Shown piece by piece: positions 37,875-48,274 of a stretch of 64,000 bases of DNA. Position numbers and translations under genes: made by a program. The DNA lies in contig CAMCZW010000002.1 of the NCBI GenBank assembly GCA_945888435.1, forward strand, positions 14,014 through 78,013. The letters run 5' to 3'. The first letter of the stretch is position 1. Each line of letters begins with the position of its first letter. The notes under the pieces were generated by a model. That model was not told where the DNA came from. It searched no databases and saw nothing but the letters and a program-made list of their open reading frames with translations. The stretch is from a bacterium UBP8_UBA817 (lineage in GTDB: Bacteria; Margulisbacteria; Marinamargulisbacteria; SXXA01; SICP01).

Positions 37875-39299
37875 TTATTCTATACTCGCCCCATCATTGT
37901 TTCGCTTGGTTTGATAGATCTGGATTTTTTTGGAGGGTGTGAGCGGTAGGTAGATTTCTGTGATGACGCCTTTGCCGCCCGGTACGCTTTTGACTAGGAT
38001 ATTTCCATCATGGGCGTCGATAATTTTAAGGGCAATGTTGAGCCCTAACCCGGAATGACCATATTTGGTGGTGTAATACGGGTCAAAAATAAAGGCTTTA
38101 TGTTCTGGTAAAATCCCACACCCTGTATCCTGGATTGAAATTTTAACGCCGTTTCGGTTGTCGCCGTCGATGGTTTTGTAGGATTCGTATTGGGTGCTGA
38201 TGCTGATGCTACCTCGTGACCCGATGGCTTCGATGGAGTTGACGATGATATCAAAGAAGACTTGAGGCAACATATTAGGATCAAATGAGATTGGTTGTAA
38301 TTTGCTGGGGTTAAATTGGACTGTGATTTGGTGATGGGTACATTCGGCTTTGGCGATGTCGATGGCGGATTGGATTGCGGCATTTAGGTCATTAAAGCCG
38401 ATGTCGTGGATGAAGCCAGCTTCTCCGTATTTGATCATATTATTGGTGATTCGGGTGAGGCGCATGAGGTTTTCTTTGGTGGTTTCACAATACCGACCTA
38501 CTTTGACGGGGTCATGGCTGTTATCGGCTAAAAGCTCGATGGAAGTGAGAATCATTCCCATTGGATTTCTGATGAGGTGGGCAATCCCTTGAGAGAGCGT
38601 GGCAAAGGCTTTTTGTTGAGACGCTTTTTCAAGCATATACCGTCGTTTTTTGGCTTCTTCGTAGAGTTTTTGGACTTCCTGGTGTGCTTTGGAGAGGGCT
38701 TCTTCTGAGGTTTGATTGGCTTTGTGATACATGATGATGGCCATGAAATTGATACATATAATTAACGAACAGGACGTGATGTAGATAGCGGTTTGTGTGA
38801 ATGTATTGAGGGGGATAGGTTGAATTCCTAATGGGCTATAGCGGGTGAGTTCGAGATACACCCAGCTTCCCATTGCAATTAATGATCCGCTTACAATTTC
38901 TTTTTTTTGTGTTTTGAGGTCAAAAGCAGCGGTTGAAATGGTAACGAGGACTAAAAATAATAGATTTAACCCCGATTCTTTTCCTAATGCGGATGAATAG
39001 ATAATGAGTGCAAAGCAAATCGCCGAAATTAAAAATAATTTAGATAATGTGGGGTGATGGTATTTATTGAGAATTAAACTTAGCGAAAACAGGCCTACTA
39101 CTGGAGGGACGAGTATGGCTAAAAAATAGAGCTTTAATCCGACAAAGATGACCCCGTAAATTGAGGATAGGGCAATAATAATCGCGCAAATTTGGTTGGT
39201 CAGTAGAATGCGTCGGGCGTCTTGGCTGGAGGTCTTCTTTTTGATTCCCCAGGACGTAATTTTGTGAAGTTGGTTGAGGATATCCTGCATGGACGGCAT
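37875..39299 (-). CDS. Sensor histidine kinase with polytopic N-terminal membrane domain (no adjacent response regulator)
   Basis: 474 aa. About 6 TM helices, a HisKA H-box (GIAHLIRNP), and HATPase_c N/G1/G2 boxes. Confidence 0.8.
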   Translation of the reverse strand: MPSMQDILNQLHKITSWGIKKKTSSQDARRILLTNQICAIIIALSSIYGVIFVGLKLYFLAILVPPVVGLFSLSLILNKYHHPTLSKLFLISAICFALIIYSSALGKESGLNLLFLVLVTISTAAFDLKTQKKEIVSGSLIAMGSWVYLELTRYSPLGIQPIPLNTFTQTAIYITSCSLIICINFMAIIMYHKANQTSEEALSKAHQEVQKLYEEAKKRRYMLEKASQQKAFATLSQGIAHLIRNPMGMILTSIELLADNSHDPVKVGRYCETTKENLMRLTRITNNMIKYGEAGFIHDIGFNDLNAAIQSAIDIAKAECTHHQITVQFNPSKLQPISFDPNMLPQVFFDIIVNSIEAIGSRGSISISTQYESYKTIDGDNRNGVKISIQDTGCGILPEHKAFIFDPYYTTKYGHSGLGLNIALKIIDAHDGNILVKSVPGGKGVITEIYLPLTPSKKIQIYQTKRNNDGASIE

Positions 39300-39343
39300 T
39301 GTACCGGTTTTAGGGCTATTGCAAAATACCGTTATGCTTGGAG

Positions 39344-41161
39344 TTACGTAGGTATGATGATTTGTTCTTGGGGGATTTGAACGAGTGCATCTAGAATTTC
39401 TTGGTAAAGGGTTTCTGGAGAACTTAGGAGAGTTTCTTGTTTTTCAATTTTTCGGTAGACAGCTTCGATTTTTTCTCGCTTGATCCCTTTGTAGCAGACT
39501 TCCAATGCTTTTGTGATAGAAAGGATGTTTCTGCGGATTTCTTTCCATTGGTCGGATTGCTCATCATGACTTACAGGGTCTTCCTTAGGGGCGGGTTGAC
39601 TTTTAATGAGTTCAATTGATGTTTCGATGAGTTCCTGAGTCATGACGACATGTTTCTTTTTTAGCTCAGGTATGAGGCTATCAAAATTTGCTCGATATCG
39701 TCCGCTGGCTTCTGAGAAATCAAAGTTTTTAACCATCCACCTTTTGAAAAACTCTGAGCTTAAGCTGATAGCGGTTTTTTGTTTGGTTGATTTTACGAAT
39801 TCACTATGTAGGTCTGCTAGAGATCTGCAAAACCCATCGACCATTTTGTTGACGGTCGCGATGGTGTCTTTGAGTTGTTTTTCAACGACTCCAATGTCAT
39901 TTTCAATGACGTAGGTATAGACGTCGATGAGTTTGGCGCTTGATCCATTTGGTTTTGCTGCTTGGGCAATATTCACGATGGAGTGATTATGGATGTCTCC
40001 CGCCAGTAATTCCCTGACAAATGAAAATGGATCATTGATGAAAGAGACGACTAAATTGGCGAATTTTCGGATGAGTATGTAATGTGCATTTTCTCTGATG
40101 TCTCGCCCGAGTAGGATACCATATAAGGCTAAGCCTAGTTCAAAGCATGGTAATACGGCTCCAGTGCTTTCTCTTAAAATTTGATAGCCATTCATATCTG
40201 GGATCGTGTCTTTACTTCGGTGGTCAGCTTCGGAAACGTTTGCGCTGAGATAGGCTTTTAGCCCAATTGTAAACTGCTCAATTAGGGCTCTTTTGTTTCT
40301 ATTTCCTTTGAGTTCGTTTTCTAACTCTTCATAAATATGGTGAAGGGTGACTGCCGTCTTGATTGCAAATTGCAATTCACTTGTATCTAATATGGGGTGG
40401 CCAGAGTAAAATTGATCGTGGATGACGGTAATAGATGCAAGTGGGAGTGTGCTGAGAGAGGTCTTGAGATTGTCATCGTCTCCTGCGATTTTGGTAGCAA
40501 GGGCAGTAATTGTTTCTACATGGGCTTCTCTTAATTTTCGTTCGGTGATCGGGGTCAATATTTCATTGAGGGCTTCGATCTTTTGTTTTGATTTACCAAT
40601 TGTGGTATCCCCCTTATCTCGCTCTTCGTCATGGAAAAATAGCCAAGCAATAAACTTGTAGACAATCTTTAATTGAGATTCAGGGAGGCCATCATAGGCT
40701 TCAATTAATTTCCAAAACTGGGCGCCGATAAACTTTTTAAGGCTGGATCCCTCAAATAATTTTTGCTCTTTGACCCAGTCTAGGGTCACTTTTGCAAAAT
40801 CGCTTTCAGCACTAAAGTGGGCAGTTTCTCCAATTTGAGGGAGTATGCAATCGATGGGAATTTTGATATCGCCAGAGCCCATGGTCGCGTGCCTTCGTGA
40901 GGGTTTTGATAGTGAGGTTGTTCGAGCTCTAGGTGTTAACTCCGTTTCTTCCAATTCGAATTCAAGTATTTCTTGGCTAGACCTAGACGCTGTGGATGAC
41001 CTAGAGCTTGATGAACTCTCGTCGTCTTGTCTTAATCGATCATATGCACAATGTGCTAAGTCATCTAGGAAAGCATCTACTTTGGGGGACCCAGTTATAA
41101 TTACTTCTGTATCTAAACTTTTTGGAGATTGATTCCTAGGTGAAGATATTACCTTCCTCAT
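39344..41161 (-). CDS. Large hypothetical protein (605 aa) with Ser-rich N-terminal region and Asp-rich motifs reminiscent of class I terpene synthases
   Basis: WLFFHDEERD at about aa 175-182 (DExxD) and INDPFSFVRE at about aa 375-384 (NDxxSxxxE). N-terminal SSSSRSSTASRSS disordered region. Confidence 0.5.
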   Translation of the reverse strand: MRKVISSPRNQSPKSLDTEVIITGSPKVDAFLDDLAHCAYDRLRQDDESSSSSRSSTASRSSQEILEFELEETELTPRARTTSLSKPSRRHATMGSGDIKIPIDCILPQIGETAHFSAESDFAKVTLDWVKEQKLFEGSSLKKFIGAQFWKLIEAYDGLPESQLKIVYKFIAWLFFHDEERDKGDTTIGKSKQKIEALNEILTPITERKLREAHVETITALATKIAGDDDNLKTSLSTLPLASITVIHDQFYSGHPILDTSELQFAIKTAVTLHHIYEELENELKGNRNKRALIEQFTIGLKAYLSANVSEADHRSKDTIPDMNGYQILRESTGAVLPCFELGLALYGILLGRDIRENAHYILIRKFANLVVSFINDPFSFVRELLAGDIHNHSIVNIAQAAKPNGSSAKLIDVYTYVIENDIGVVEKQLKDTIATVNKMVDGFCRSLADLHSEFVKSTKQKTAISLSSEFFKRWMVKNFDFSEASGRYRANFDSLIPELKKKHVVMTQELIETSIELIKSQPAPKEDPVSHDEQSDQWKEIRRNILSITKALEVCYKGIKREKIEAVYRKIEKQETLLSSPETLYQEILDALVQIPQEQIIIPT

Positions 41162-41165
41162 GGAA

Positions 41166-41549
41166 TTATACGGTAACAGGTGCCTGGCTGCTTCTTAAGT
41201 GGTCAACTTGTTTTAACATTCGAATTACTTCATCTAATACTTTGTCTGCGGGTAATTTTCTTGAGCCTAACAGAAGCCGAAGTTTTAGTATTGCGCTTAA
41301 TTCTAAGTCTAAGGGTAGCTCTTCTGATATTGCGGCAGCTATTCTGGCTGAATTGTCTAGATAACTTGGTATGTTTGCGGCTGTCGGTGGAAAACTTGGA
41401 GGGGCGCTAACTGGGCGTGTATTACCTATCCCTGCTGTAGCACTATTTTGACGACGCCGTGTCTTGTGGGGGGCTGTTGTTTTTCCGGCAGCTTTTATGG
41501 CGGGTAGAGGATTATATTGACTTCCAGTTTTTTGTGTTAGTGCTTCCAC
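41166..41549 (-). CDS. Small hypothetical protein (127 aa) immediately upstream of the 605-aa gene
   Basis: A 4-nt intergenic gap suggests co-transcription. Basic and P/A-rich. Confidence 0.4.
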   Translation of the reverse strand: MEALTQKTGSQYNPLPAIKAAGKTTAPHKTRRRQNSATAGIGNTRPVSAPPSFPPTAANIPSYLDNSARIAAAISEELPLDLELSAILKLRLLLGSRKLPADKVLDEVIRMLKQVDHLRSSQAPVTV

Positions 41550-41615
41550 TTTCTATAACTCCTTTGTCAATTGAGTCTCGATTATTACTCTAATTTTACT
41601 ATTTTGTCAAGTTTT

Positions 41616-43028
41616 TTAATATCTATAGTGATCAGGTTTGTAGGGTCCTTCAGTAGAAATTCCTAAATAATCGGCTTGGTCTTGGGTGAGTTGAGTTAGT
41701 TTGATTCCTAATTTATCTAGGTGTAACCGTGCGACTTCTTCGTCTAATTTTTTAGGAAGAATGTGGACTTCTTTAGTGAGAGTGTTTTGCCATAATTCGA
41801 TTTGAGCGAGTGTTTGATTACTGAATGATGTGGACATCACAAAAGAGGGGTGTCCTGTGGCGCATCCTAAGTTAACTAAGCGGCCTTCAGCTAATAAAAA
41901 TATACGGTTTCCGTTAGGGAATTGGTATTGATCGACTTGGGGTTTGATTTCGGTTTTGATAATGCCTGGGTAGTCGTTAAGGGCTTCTACTTGGATTTCG
42001 TTGTCAAAATGGCCGATGTTGCAGACGATGGCTTGGTCTTTCATACTCGCGAGATGCGTGATGGTAATGACATCTTTGTTGCCTGTAGTGGTGACAAAAA
42101 TTTGACCTTCTGCCAATGCGTTTTCTAGCGTAGTGACTTCAAACCCTTCCATGGCGGCTTGTAGTGCGCAAATGGGGTCGATTTCGGTGACGATGACGCG
42201 GGCGCCAAAGCCTTTCATTGAGTGAGCACATCCTTTACCGACATCGCCATATCCGCAGATAACGACGACTTTTCCGCCGATCATGACATCGGTGGCCCGT
42301 TTAATGCCGTCTGCTAGAGATTCTTTGCAGCCGTAGAGATTGTCGAATTTGGACTTGGTGACAGAGTCATTGACGTTGATGGCAGGGCATAATAATTGGC
42401 CTGCTTTTTGCATTTGATACAGTCTATGAACTCCGGTAGTGGTTTCTTCTGATACGCCTCTTAAGTTGGCTGCGGTGGTTTGCCAAAATGTTGGGTTTTC
42501 TTGGTATCTCTTTTTGAGAAGTGCCATCATGATGGCCATTTCTTTGTTATCTGTTTTTTCATTGAGTAGGGCTGGGTTTTTTTCGATTTCGACGCCTTTG
42601 TGAACCATAAGGGTTGCATCTCCGCCATCATCCACAATCAATGTCGGGCCTTGTCCATTTGGAAATGTCAGGGCATCTAAAGTGCATTCCCAGTATTCTT
42701 CCAAGGTTTCGCCTTTCCATGCGAATACGGGGGTGCCGGTGGCGGCAATGGCTGCTGCGGCATGATCTTGAGTTGAAAAAATATTGCAGGATGCCCAACG
42801 GACATCTGCACCTAGTTTGGCTAGAGTTTCGATGAGGACAGCAGTTTGGATAGTCATATGAAGAGAGCCTGTGATTTTAGCCCCTTTTAATGGGAGCGTT
42901 GAGGCATATTTTTGTCTAATGGACATAAGGCCAGGCATTTCATACTCAGCAATGGCGATTTCTTTTCGGCCAAAATCAGCGAGAGTGATGTCTTTTACTT
43001 TGTAGGCAGCTTGTGTCATGGTGTTCAT
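41616..43028 (-). CDS. ahcY: Adenosylhomocysteinase
   Basis: 470 aa. NAD-binding [10 protein letters not shown]. Confidence 0.9.
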   Translation of the reverse strand: MNTMTQAAYKVKDITLADFGRKEIAIAEYEMPGLMSIRQKYASTLPLKGAKITGSLHMTIQTAVLIETLAKLGADVRWASCNIFSTQDHAAAAIAATGTPVFAWKGETLEEYWECTLDALTFPNGQGPTLIVDDGGDATLMVHKGVEIEKNPALLNEKTDNKEMAIMMALLKKRYQENPTFWQTTAANLRGVSEETTTGVHRLYQMQKAGQLLCPAINVNDSVTKSKFDNLYGCKESLADGIKRATDVMIGGKVVVICGYGDVGKGCAHSMKGFGARVIVTEIDPICALQAAMEGFEVTTLENALAEGQIFVTTTGNKDVITITHLASMKDQAIVCNIGHFDNEIQVEALNDYPGIIKTEIKPQVDQYQFPNGNRIFLLAEGRLVNLGCATGHPSFVMSTSFSNQTLAQIELWQNTLTKEVHILPKKLDEEVARLHLDKLGIKLTQLTQDQADYLGISTEGPYKPDHYRY

Positions 43029-44101
43029 TAGTCCTCCTCAAGGATGCCGGCTCTCATTTTATCCACTAACTGTACTAAAAAATGGACATTGTGAATACTC
43101 ATCAGTGTGAGTGCTAAAATTTCTTTGGCCATAAATAGATGTCTTAAATACGCGCGTGAATAATGGGCGCAGCAATAACAAGCGCATGTTGGGTCGATGG
43201 GCGAGGGGTCTTTTTTATGGATTTCGTTTTTAATCGTTAGTTTTCCGCCGGGTATAAAAGCTTGGCCATGTCTGGCTAATCTTGTTGGGATGACACAGTC
43301 AAACATATCTACCCCGTGTTCGATGCCAAATTTGAGATTTTCGGGTAGTCCAATTCCCATGACATATCTGGGTTTATTTTCTGGAAATTTTGGGATGGAA
43401 TGGCCGATAATTGTTTCCATTTCTTGTCTGCTTTCTCCGACACTGACACCGCCTAAGGCAAAGCCTGGAAAATCCAATTGAGTCAGGAAGTCGATGCTTT
43501 GATCTCTTAAATGGGTAAACATTCCGCCTTGGACGATGGCGAAGAGTTGATTTTGGACGTCTTTACTTTTCCAGTGGAGGTAGGCTTCTTTTTCCCAGGC
43601 ATGAGTAATGGCGAGATCGTTAATGATATCTTGTTCGGTGGCGGTGTGAGGGCTGCAAATGTCTAAGGGCATGAGGATGTCGCTATTAAATTTAAGCTGC
43701 AACTCCACGACTGATTTTGGAGAAAAATGATGCACGCTTCCATCAATGTGAGATTTGAATGAGACACCTTCGGGGGTGATTTTACGCATATTGGAGAGTG
43801 AGAAAACCTGATATCCCCCAGAGTCAGTTAGGATAGGGCCTTTCCAATTCATCCAAGGATGAAGTCCGCCAAAGTCATTAATTAAATCTGCACCCGGTCT
43901 TAGCGATAAGTGATAAGTGTTGGCCAATATGATTTGGGCCCCACACTCTTTGACCATTTCGGGCGTCATGGCTTTGACGGTACTTTGCGTGCCTACTGGC
44001 ATAAAGACGGGAGTATGGATTTCTCCATGAGGGGTGGTGAGGATGCCGGCTCTGGCCTTGGACTTGGATGATTTTTTAATAATTTTAAATGTGGATGACA
44101 T
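43028..44101 (-). CDS. tgt: Queuine tRNA-ribosyltransferase
   Basis: 357 aa. DCVIPTR, and zinc site CxCxxC...H. Confidence 0.9.
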   Translation of the reverse strand: MSSTFKIIKKSSKSKARAGILTTPHGEIHTPVFMPVGTQSTVKAMTPEMVKECGAQIILANTYHLSLRPGADLINDFGGLHPWMNWKGPILTDSGGYQVFSLSNMRKITPEGVSFKSHIDGSVHHFSPKSVVELQLKFNSDILMPLDICSPHTATEQDIINDLAITHAWEKEAYLHWKSKDVQNQLFAIVQGGMFTHLRDQSIDFLTQLDFPGFALGGVSVGESRQEMETIIGHSIPKFPENKPRYVMGIGLPENLKFGIEHGVDMFDCVIPTRLARHGQAFIPGGKLTIKNEIHKKDPSPIDPTCACYCCAHYSRAYLRHLFMAKEILALTLMSIHNVHFLVQLVDKMRAGILEED

Positions 44102-45243
44102 TAGTAGATTAACCTTTCGAGGATACTATCGAGGACTAACTGTCCTTTGAGCGTGGTTTTGATATGGGTAGGTGTTTGTTCGATGAGCTGGTTATTACGC
44201 ATTGCAGATAATTCGCTGGCTCTTTCTTTTGTAAAGTCGATGTTGAATCTTGCATTGAATCGGTTGATGTCCATGCCTTCTCGTAATCGTAGGATTGAGG
44301 TGAGGGCATCATTTAATTGGCTTAGAGTGCTTTCTGGCTCTGCAGGCATGGATGGCTCGGGAGAGTTGATATATTGGGCTAAATCGCGTGGATTTTGATA
44401 GTGGTAGCCATTGTAGTAGGACACTGCGCTTGGGCCGATGCCAATATAGTTATCTAAAGTCCAATAAGTCAGATTGTGGGTACATTCGTAGCCTGGTTTT
44501 GCAAAGTTGGAGACTTCGTATTGGTGGTAGCCGGCATCGGTCATTGTTTGGATGAGATGGTCGTATTGGGCTTTATCAGGGTCGTCTTCTGGCCATGGGA
44601 TATTTCGCTTTTCAAAGGCTGTTCCACTTTCGATACTCAGGGAGTAGGCCGAAATATGGGGTGGGTTTAGGGCGATGGCTGTTTTTAAGGTGGCGGTCAG
44701 ACTTTCGACTGTTGAGGGAGCGGTTGAGAATATTAAATCCAGATTCCAATTTTTAAATTGATGATGTTTTATTTTTTCTACTGCATCGAATACGGTTTGG
44801 ATGGAGTGTGTGCGGCCTAAGTAAGTGAGTTCCGTTTGATTAAAGGATTGAACGCCCATGCTGATGCGATTAATGCCATGTTTTTTTAATATTTCCAGAT
44901 TTTCATCCTTGATGGATTCAGGGTTCATTTCACATGTTTTCTCGATTCCGCTAGGGAAATCAAATGTTGTATGAAGGGCGTTGAGTAGAGGATCTAATAT
45001 ATCGACGCTTAATGCTGATGGAGTGCCTCCACCAATGAATAGACTGGTTACTTGGATATTGGGATGAGTGGTTTTGTAAAAATCGAGTTCTTTGAGGATG
45101 GCGTCTAAAAATTGGACTTCGTTTTCTCTGCTCCAGGGCAATTTATAAAATGCGCAATAGGGGCAAATGGAGTTGCAAAATGGGATATGAATATAAATTG
45201 CGGAGGTTAGTTGAGCCTGAGCTTGTTGTGGCATTGGGTGCAT
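44101..45243 (-). CDS. hemW: Radical SAM heme chaperone HemW (coproporphyrinogen III oxidase-like)
   Basis: 380 aa. YIHIPFCNSICPYCAF. Confidence 0.8.
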   Translation of the reverse strand: MHPMPQQAQAQLTSAIYIHIPFCNSICPYCAFYKLPWSRENEVQFLDAILKELDFYKTTHPNIQVTSLFIGGGTPSALSVDILDPLLNALHTTFDFPSGIEKTCEMNPESIKDENLEILKKHGINRISMGVQSFNQTELTYLGRTHSIQTVFDAVEKIKHHQFKNWNLDLIFSTAPSTVESLTATLKTAIALNPPHISAYSLSIESGTAFEKRNIPWPEDDPDKAQYDHLIQTMTDAGYHQYEVSNFAKPGYECTHNLTYWTLDNYIGIGPSAVSYYNGYHYQNPRDLAQYINSPEPSMPAEPESTLSQLNDALTSILRLREGMDINRFNARFNIDFTKERASELSAMRNNQLIEQTPTHIKTTLKGQLVLDSILERLIY

Positions 45244-45509
45244 TCGGAAACATTTCCGGGATTATCGGTGCCGCATTTAGGGCAAAGGATGGATTGGTTT
45301 TTAAATCGGGAGGATCTTGAGCGGGGTTCACTTCCAGCAATGACCTGGACTCGGTTTCGGAATAAAAAATATCCGGGGGCGACAACAATGGGAAGGATAA
45401 ATGTGAACATGGCCAATAGTGCCACGTAGTACAGCGCCATGTTTCTCTTATGGGCATCATATGCAACAAATAAGGCCAAAGCGATACGGGTGAGTAAAAA
45501 AGGTTCCAT
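45207..45509 (-). CDS. Small membrane protein with C-terminal zinc-ribbon
   Basis: 100 aa. Two TM helices, then CPKCG...CTQCHN. Confidence 0.5.
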   Translation of the reverse strand: MEPFLLTRIALALFVAYDAHKRNMALYYVALLAMFTFILPIVVAPGYFLFRNRVQVIAGSEPRSRSSRFKNQSILCPKCGTDNPGNVSECTQCHNKLRLN

Positions 45510-45518
45510 ACGGATTTC

Positions 45519-46019
45519 TTAATCGATGGCTTGATTTCTCTGTAAAGGGACTGCTGTAAGTGGTTGATTTAATGGGCGTAGTTTTGACATCCGGATGGAA
45601 GTGCCTTCGTTTGGAATTGTTTGAATTTCAACTTCATCCATCAGATTTTTGATAAATGTGAGGCCTAAGCCTAAGCCTAATTTTTCTTCGGAGCGTTTTT
45701 TTTGTTCTTCGGTTCCTAAAATGCCTAAGTTAAATCCGTTTCCAAAATCTCTAACCAAGACTTCGAGTCTGTCTTCGTCGATGGTCATTTTGATTTCAAT
45801 GCGACCTGTTTTGACATGATTTTCGTAAGCATGTTGGACGGCATTGGTGCAGGCTTCTGAAATCGCAATCTTAATATCTTCGATATCTTCTACTGTAAAA
45901 TTAAGCCGGGATGCAATCCCTGATAAGGATAATCTGGCGACACTGACGTATTCAGATGTTGCGGGCAGATTGAGGATGATGACATTTTCTTTGATATCTG
46001 AAGTTTCGTTGTAACTCAT
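45519..46019 (-). CDS. rsbW: Anti-sigma factor / serine-protein kinase (RsbW/SpoIIAB family)
   Basis: 166 aa GHKL ATPase. EACTNAVQHAY and GLGLGL. Confidence 0.8.
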   Translation of the reverse strand: MSYNETSDIKENVIILNLPATSEYVSVARLSLSGIASRLNFTVEDIEDIKIAISEACTNAVQHAYENHVKTGRIEIKMTIDEDRLEVLVRDFGNGFNLGILGTEEQKKRSEEKLGLGLGLTFIKNLMDEVEIQTIPNEGTSIRMSKLRPLNQPLTAVPLQRNQAID

Positions 46020-46414
46020 TGTGTTACCCCTAATGCAGCCTCTTCGCTTTCAACCATGTTTACATTTTTTTGACTTAATCCTGAAATTTCAAAAATTTTT
46101 CGAATTTGAGGTTTATTGCAGACTAACTGGATTGTTCCGTTGGAATTGGAGAGTGTTTTGGCGGCATGGGCGATTGTGCCAAGGCCAGTACTGTCGATAT
46201 ATTGGACTCCATCCAGGTTGATAATGAGGGAATGATCGTTTTCTTTTAATACTTCGGAGAGAACTCGATTGAGTTGAGGACAGTTATGAATATCTACTTC
46301 GCCCCATATCCTCACGATAGGAACCTTATTTTGGGTGCTAATTTCGATATTAAAATCGCTTTGCATTGATGGAACTCCGTCGTTTTTTGAGATAAATCGA
46401 GTATACCCTAACAA
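46016..46414 (-). CDS. rsbV: STAS-domain anti-sigma factor antagonist (RsbV/SpoIIAA family)
   Basis: 132 aa. Phosphorylatable Ser in DSTGLG. Overlaps rsbW by 4 nt. Confidence 0.8.
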   Translation of the reverse strand: MLGYTRFISKNDGVPSMQSDFNIEISTQNKVPIVRIWGEVDIHNCPQLNRVLSEVLKENDHSLIINLDGVQYIDSTGLGTIAHAAKTLSNSNGTIQLVCNKPQIRKIFEISGLSQKNVNMVESEEAALGVTQ

Positions 46415-46438
46415 ACATCTATTTTAAATAGTGGTTAA

Positions 46439-46478
46439 GTAAAATAAAAAAAATGCGCCTCTTGAACCAAGAGACGCC
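46439..46478 (-). terminator. Rho-independent terminator of rpmE
   Basis: The minus strand reads GCGTCTCTTG-gtt-CAAGAGGCGC followed by ttttttttatttt, about 25 nt after the rpmE stop. Confidence 0.8.
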
Positions 46479-46500
46479 TTTAAATTTGAAAGAATAATTA

Positions 46501-46740
46501 TTATTTGAGTTGGTATTTTTTCTTGAATTTTTCGATACGGCCTTCAGTATCGAGAATTCTGTTGTCGCCGGTGAAAAATGGGTGACATTTTCCACAAATA
46601 TCAACACGGATTACTGCGAGAGTTGATCCTGCTTTATATACTGCGCCACATGCACAACTGACGGATGCGTCTGAGTGGTATTCTCCGACTTCAATATTTG
46701 CTTTAGTGCGTTTTTTGATTTTGACTGACATGGTGGTCAC
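46501..46740 (-). CDS. rpmE: 50S ribosomal protein L31 (zinc-binding type)
   Basis: 79 aa. CxC...CxxC, and HPFFTG. Confidence 0.9.
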   Translation of the reverse strand: MTTMSVKIKKRTKANIEVGEYHSDASVSCACGAVYKAGSTLAVIRVDICGKCHPFFTGDNRILDTEGRIEKFKKKYQLK

Positions 46741-46822
46741 CTTTTATATAAACAATTAGCCCCATTTAAACGGGGATAGGGCTTTTGAGTTTAACTATAA
46801 ATTAAGTTAATGTCAATATTGG

Positions 46823-48265
46823 TTATCCCACCGCAATCGCGACGATTGTCATATCATCTGCCTGTAGGGCATTACCTTGAAAGTCCTTTAATCGGTTACG
46901 CACATACCTTGCCATATCCACACCCGGCTTTTTACTGGCCTCAATCAAAATCGGTATCAATTCTTCATGCCCAATCGTTTCTCCCTCAGACGATTTTACA
47001 TCCGTACAGCCATCGGTAATCAAAAACACAACATCCCCAGGCTCTAAGATAAATTTTGTACCTACATACACTTCATCCCCATCCATCCCCACCGGTGCGC
47101 CGCCTTGATCAAGAATGATCACTTCTCCTGACTTTTTAACAATGATACTAGGCTCATGTCCTGCGTTGACGTAGCTAAGCTGGTATTTACCATCCTCAAG
47201 CTGGGTCAGCACCACATAAATCAACGGCACATACTTAGAAAACAAATGAGAGTCTAAAGAAATTTGATTAAGCCGAGTCACTAATTCCTTCGGGTCAAAC
47301 CAATGCTCATGAAGCAGTTTAAACACCGTTTTAACACTAAACATCTCAAGGCTTGCGGCCACGCCTTTTCCAACAACGTCGGCGACAACAATCCCTAGCT
47401 GTTTGACAATCACTGTTTCTTTTTGATCATCATCATCGTAGTTGTCATCATCCCCATCGTTAGGTTGGTGAATTTTTTTAGGATTTGGAATTACGGTCGC
47501 TGTAGTCATATTAGGAAAGTATCCAAAATAGTCCCCACTCAGGGTTTTAGCCGCATCGAAGGCATGGCTGATGATGACGTTTTCTAAATTGGGTGCAGTT
47601 TGGGGGATAACGGAATTTTGGAGTTTACGGCCTTTTTCTAAATCTGCTTCCATGGCTTGTTGCGAGCGGATTTTGCTGATCATTTGTTGGATACGGCTGT
47701 AGTTTTTGGTTAGGCGGTTGTTGGATTTTAAAATTTTATTTTCATAAGTTTTTCTAGATTTATAAAAAAGAAAAGCAGATAAAATGCTAAATGAAAAACC
47801 AGTAAACATCGCAAATGCATGAATAACTTTTGCAGTCCGAACGGACAAGTCAACTGAATTTAATAAGAATTTATAGTCCACCCATTCTAAAAAATAAGCT
47901 GCAAAAACTGGGATCAGAATTACAAGGAAAATCCGATTAAATCGAGATTTTTGGTACAACAATATCGGGATACTTACAATTGAAAAAAAAACTAAATAAG
48001 CACCTGATGACTTACCCAATATAAGCGAATAAAAAGTGAGTACCGTAGTTGCTATAATAACTAAGGAGGTATTTGCAGATTTTTCAAATCCGTTTTTTGA
48101 TAAGATGACAGGAAAAATGAATGCAAGACAGAAAAATAAAATCATATTTCCGGCGAACAAAAACCCAAAATATCTAAAAACAAAAAAGTAGGGAAAAGAT
48201 AGTAAGGCGCACGCCAATGAAAATCTCTCTACTAGCTTGAAAGTCTTCAAAAATCCCCCCATCAA
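46823..48265 (-). CDS. PP2C/SpoIIE-family serine phosphatase with N-terminal multi-TM sensor domain (RsbU-like)
   Basis: 480 aa. About 7 TM helices, a poly-Asp insert, then PP2C motifs (GDYFGYF, VVADVVGKG, ITDGCTD). Confidence 0.75.
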   Translation of the reverse strand: MMGGFLKTFKLVERFSLACALLSFPYFFVFRYFGFLFAGNMILFFCLAFIFPVILSKNGFEKSANTSLVIIATTVLTFYSLILGKSSGAYLVFFSIVSIPILLYQKSRFNRIFLVILIPVFAAYFLEWVDYKFLLNSVDLSVRTAKVIHAFAMFTGFSFSILSAFLFYKSRKTYENKILKSNNRLTKNYSRIQQMISKIRSQQAMEADLEKGRKLQNSVIPQTAPNLENVIISHAFDAAKTLSGDYFGYFPNMTTATVIPNPKKIHQPNDGDDDNYDDDDQKETVIVKQLGIVVADVVGKGVAASLEMFSVKTVFKLLHEHWFDPKELVTRLNQISLDSHLFSKYVPLIYVVLTQLEDGKYQLSYVNAGHEPSIIVKKSGEVIILDQGGAPVGMDGDEVYVGTKFILEPGDVVFLITDGCTDVKSSEGETIGHEELIPILIEASKKPGVDMARYVRNRLKDFQGNALQADDMTIVAIAVG

Positions 48266-48274
48266 GTGATATCG

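Noticed and set aside
45143-45469. 108-aa ORF overlapping the zinc-ribbon membrane protein gene and hemW start
   Set aside because: It is an alternative frame of the same region without motifs. The 45207..45509 frame has TM helices plus a CxxC..CxxC zinc ribbon.
46741-46822. Hairpin agccc...gggct + TTTT on the + strand between the PP2C gene and rpmE
   Set aside because: It is oriented opposite to both flanking genes and has a short stem. It is more likely the rpmE promoter region than a terminator. The convincing terminator is the one at 46439-46478.
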